Shown piece after piece: positions 58,510-64,000 of a stretch of DNA of 64,000 bases. Source of the stretch: the human T2T-CHM13v2.0 reference genome, Homo sapiens. The number at the start of each line of letters is the position of its first letter. The stretch's first letter is position 1. The DNA is taken from NCBI RefSeq assembly GCF_009914755.1, contig NC_060937.1; one strand, given 5' to 3'. The notes beneath the pieces are model-generated. The model was not told the DNA's origin, made no database searches, and was given only the letters and a program-made list of their open reading frames with translations. A program made the translations under genes and the position numbers.

Positions 58510-60340
58510 TCCAGACTTCTATTTTGGGTAATGAAAGACTAGTTAATTCAGACCAATCCTCCCATTTCAAACACATGAAACTAGTGGATACAATATAAAA
58601 ACCATATGTTCAAAGGTACTGGAACATAACGCAGTGAAAAAACCTGGGAACCAAGATTTGGGAGAATAAGAACATATAGAAGGATGACCTTGGCATTTGA
58701 AATGCTTTTCCCCCATGGATTTCCTCCAATTTCCAGAAGAAATGGCTGGGATACTGACAAGCTGAAACTTACTTTAAACTTACTTCTGATCTTACAAAAA
58801 CAAAAATTGGAGTTTATGGCATGATAAGGAAGAGAGTGGTGGCTGGTCTGTCAGCCTGACTAATGGGCTCTTAAGGTTGCTTAGGGATCTGGGTTGGGAA
58901 CTGATGGTAAAATTGCAGAATACAGACTAAGCTGTAAATAGATTGTCCTCTTTAGGGATTTGTGCTCAGCTTTAAATTATCTTAACTTATGATTGGATTA
59001 AGATGGTGTGCAGGATTGCTAGTGCCCCTAGTACTTGCAAGAATCAAACATAAATCCCCATTAGAGAAATAAAACTTCATTCTAGCCTCAAAGTACCTCT
59101 ATAAGCTTTCACATAGTGTCTCAGTCACACAATACAATTTAACCAGTCAGGTGAGGAGACAACGAGTGTTTTGGAAAACCAAGAGAAACAACAGAAAACT
59201 AGAAAGAGATTTACAGGTGTTACAGACAATGCACTATGAATAAGATGCTCAAGGGAAATCAAAGAAAAGATTGGGAATGTTTGGCAAAGAATTTAGAGAA
59301 CAACAACAAAAAAAAGCCAGTAGGAACTCTAGAACTAAAAAACATTAACTGAAATTAAAAATCAACGTGTGACCTTAACAGCAGTTTAGATACAACTAAA
59401 AAAAAAAATGGTGGTGACATGAAGAAAACAGACACATGAAAACATGCTGAGAAAAGGATTTAAAATATGAGAAAGAATATGAAATACATAGGGGACAGAG
59501 TGAAAAAGCATAACATTCATATAATTGGAATCCAGAAGGAGGGGAGAGAGAAAATGTGTCAGAGACAATAACTGAAGAGAACATGGCCAGTGACACTCCC
59601 AATATGGCAAAAGACATCAAGGCAATGATAAAAGTGCCACAAACCACAGCCACACTTGCCTAAGGAAAGCCATGCCGAGGCAAATGTAAGCAAAATCCTC
59701 GGAGAGCAAAAACAGAGACAGTCTTAATAGCCAGAGGAAAAAAGAGGTTATCGTCAAAGGCGCACCAATTAACCTGATAGTTGATATTTCAGCAGAAAGA
59801 AAACATAGAGGCCAGATGAAGATGGAATTATATTTCCAAGTGCAGAAAGAAAACAACTGCCAATCTAGAATTCTATACTCAGCCTAAATATATTTTACAA
59901 AGAAAGAGAAACAAAGGCTTTTTTAGAAGAACGGAAATGAAAAAGATTTACCACCAGCAGATTTATAGTAAATGAAACACTAAAGACCATTTCCTTCAGG
60001 CAGAAGAAAAATGATACTAGATGAAGGCTAGCACTGTAGGCAGGAACACACAACAGTGGATGCCATGAATACAGGATAAATATGAATGGATATTGATTAG
60101 AAAAAACAATGTTTTAGGTTTAACATATGCAAACTTAAATACATAACAAAAATAACTCACCAATAAAGAAGACGGTAAATATTATTAAAGTGCTCTGTTA
60201 CCTTTGAAATGTCCTAAAAGAGGTAAAAGTACCATTTATATTAAACTTTGATATGTCAAGGATATTTGTTGTAGTTTCTAGGGAAACCATTAAGTGAAGA
60301 GTGAAAATACTGATAACTACCAAACTAATAAAGAGTAAAT
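58510..60340 (+). mobile_element. Old L1M 5'/ORF1 region
   Basis: A-rich ORF1-like sequence (ATAATTGGAATCCAGAAGGAG, CAATCTAGAATTCTATA); approximate. Confidence 0.65.
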
Positions 60341-60344
60341 TATC

Positions 60345-60649
<305 letters not shown>

Positions 60650-61111
60650 TTATTAGACAATAAAAGGTTTCTATAAATACAAAAAAAAAAGAAAGAAAAA
60701 TGAACATACTGCAAGAGGGATAAAAGAATATAAAGATGGCAGAGTTAAACCAAAATATCTCACAAGTTACATCAAATATAAAAGCACTAAATCCACAGAG
60801 GTAAAGTACAGTTCTGATCGCGTATTATCACGGGTGCATACTGTCAACACGACTTGTCACTGTTGGTGGTAATAACTTTGATCACCTGACTTGGGGTGCT
60901 GTTTGTCAGGTAAAGTTATTCTATGAGGTTATTCTTTTTCTTTTTCTTTCCATACTGTAGTCTTTGGAAACAAGTCATTACGCAGCACACACCTAATAAA
61001 TGGGTCCTTACGCTCCACTTCCCTACGGATAGAATCTCCACATAAATTATTTACCATTGTTCTGACTGAGAGAGTTGTCTATTCTCCCTCATTTATTTAT
61101 TTATTCAATAG

Positions 61112-61500
<389 letters not shown>

Positions 61501-62600
61501 TACACCTTATGTTTTATACCATTTTAGATTTTATACCATTTTTATACCATTTTAGATTTACAGAAAAATTGAGAAGATAGTACAGACTGTCACACGCCTC
61601 TCCCCATCTCCCCACCCCCTGCAGCTTTCTCCTATAATTAGCATCTTGCATTAGTGCACAGTGAATGGACCAATATTAAAACATGATTATTAACTGAGGT
61701 CCACAGTTTGCATTAGTCCATGCTAAGACTACGAATCCCACACTTGTGCACCCACTGTGTCATCTCTTCTCCATGAAATGGATCCTTTTAGCTGAGGCGA
61801 CGCTGGTGGGATGCTGCGGTAGAGAATTCCCAAAGACGGCTGCAAATCATCCCATCCGTCTCTGTGTGAGTCTGTTTCTTCTCTCCATGATGTGGATTAG
61901 TTTTAACATTCTTTTATATTCTATCTCTCATGTCACACTTGATATTATAGGGGAAAAATGCATTCAACCTGCCTAAACTGGAAGCTGTATGATTAATGAG
62001 GTTATCAGTACTCAACCCAATTAATATAACGAGCTTCTGATTGATTGACTAAAACTAGTGAACAATCTTTAAAATTGCAATTAATTTATAAATTTATACT
62101 CACTTTTCTTTTATGAGATCAGAATGATTTGTTGTTCTGACATCATATCAACGGATTGAAACTTGAACCAGGCTTTGAAAAACTCCTATCTTTCAGGAAA
62201 ATGTCATTAAACTGTTGAAAGTAGATGGATAAATTACTTTAGAAGTCAAGAAGTCTTTTAAACCACTCTCCTTTCTGTTATCTTGCTTTATGAGCATGTA
62301 GTGTTTCTTCTTATACTTAAAAAAAATTGGAATTAATTTTCAAAGGTTGACATTTGATAAGGCTTTACTATAAATATCGCTAGGATCGAAGGATGCTTTT
62401 TGCCTCTCTCTCCGGGTTGGCAAGCAGAAGCCACTACTCGCCTCTTCTCCAGAATCATTTTCGCCTATATTCTCCTGTCTTATAACTCAGGTCTATAGTT
62501 ACGGTTTTTGAGGCATATTAAGTTTTTGAGTATGGTGTTTAAGGGGAACACTGTTTCTTTGATTCTAAACGTATTTTAATTTAATTTTAAAACACAATTT

Positions 62601-62891
62601 AGCTCACACCTGTAATCCCAGCACTTTGAGAGGCCAAGGCAGGTAGATCACTTGAGGCCAGGGGTTCAAGACCAGCCTGGCCAACATGGCGAAACCCCGT
62701 CTCTACTCAAAACACAAAAATTAGTCAAACGCAGTAGCGTTTGCCTGTAATCCCAGCTACTAAGGAGCTGAGACAGGAGAATTGCTTCAACCCAGGAGGC
62801 AGAGGTTGCTGTGAGCCAAGATCACGCCACTGCACTCTAGCCTGGGCCACAAAGCAAGATTCTGTCTAAAAAAAAAAAAAAAAAAAAAAAA
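62601..62891 (+). mobile_element. Alu (AluS-type, slightly 5'-truncated)
   Basis: GCTCACACCTGTAATCCCAGC...poly(A). Confidence 0.92.
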
Positions 62892-64000
62892 TTTAAAAGA
62901 ATACAAATGGCTTTTCATAATGGTGATGAAATGTCCTTGTTTGGACACAAAATTCCAGGACTAATATTTTAATCTTCTCTCATCTTGCTCTTCCTCATAT
63001 GGCCCATTTAATAATGCACTTGCCATGAACTTTAACTTCAGTTTACTTATAAACTGGTTTTCTTTGTAAATTGGTTTAGTGTTCTCATTCTGTCGCCCGG
63101 GCTTGAGATGAGTGTGGATGCATTCTCTCGGTAGCGTTAACAGCGCTTCACAGTTCCCCGCGGCTCTGGCCAGGGCTGCTGTGAGGACTGGATGAGGTAA
63201 CGAGAAGTGTGTGCTGAGACATCTGTGTTCGCCCAGGTGGCCTGTGACATCTGGAATGTCGGGTTCTGAGGTCAGATCACTCTCGAAGGTCAAGACCTTT
63301 GGAGTCAGGTTGAAGGTAGCAGTTGGGCATGCCCCAGTCAGGTCCGACTCATCCCCAGCCATGTGAGGTGAGCTCCGTGTCCCCCCTTTTCAGGCCTATA
63401 CAACCTTCTCAAAGCCTCTTTCCGGATTCATCTTGCTCTAAAATATTGATTTTCATGACAGGATATTCCTTGTGGCCAATCAAGTCTATTAAGCTTCTGG
63501 AAGCCAGAGGGTAGGAGAACCCAGGTGCCCCAGGGCCATGGCTACAGAGAGCCCAGAAGAGTCCTGGGGTCCGCACTTCCTGCTGTGCCTCTGTAGCCCC
63601 GGGATGTCACTGCTGTTTTCATAAGTTATGATCACTGCACTATTGCTCCTTATGCCAGGCGCTTAGCAGTTATATCTCCAATCCTCACAACAACTGAACA
63701 AGGTCAGTCTTGTTCTCCCCATTTTTTAGAAGTGGAAGCTGCAGTCTGAAGTGGTGAGTAGCCTGCCCAAGTTCATGGTCGGGGGAGACCAGTGTTTGAA
63801 TCTGTGCAGCGAGCCCCCCAGGCTGTTGCTTTCTGGCTGTATGGCAGTGCCTCGCATTCAGACATTTGTGATTGCTTAATATATTTTAATACACTCTCCA
63901 GTGTCTTTAGCCCTTCAGTCCTAAGGAATTAGAGGAAAGCATCAAGGGAGAAATCTGATAAGACATTTGAAAGAAAGAAGTTAATGAGTTTCCGGATGAT

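Overview
Primate (almost certainly human) genomic DNA. The window holds the 5' half of TUBGCP3 (gamma-tubulin complex component 3, GCP3) on the minus strand: CpG-island promoter (~49.1-50.3 kb) and coding exons 1-11 (49659 down to 7369). These splice GT-AG and in frame to 1335 nt (codons 1-445); later exons lie beyond the left edge. The rest is intronic or upstream repeat-rich sequence: about 22 Alu/FLAM copies (including a fully diagnostic AluYa5), L1 fragments, a near full-length Tigger1, MER1B, an ERVK-class solo LTR with a 6-bp TSD, an LTR-less ERV1 pol/env relic just upstream of the promoter, and seven tandem arrays (15, 27, 41, 46, ~58, 62 and ~19/89 bp units). I found no convincing novel multi-gene system and no CRISPR array or RNA gene. 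The most notable item is a 15-bp minisatellite that begins at base +1 of intron 10. It forms a very weak donor (AG/GTCCCA), supplies an in-frame repeat-encoded alternative C-terminus, and is a tandem array of RBPJ consensus sites. Repeat subfamily names are from recalled consensus sequences and need a RepeatMasker/Dfam run.
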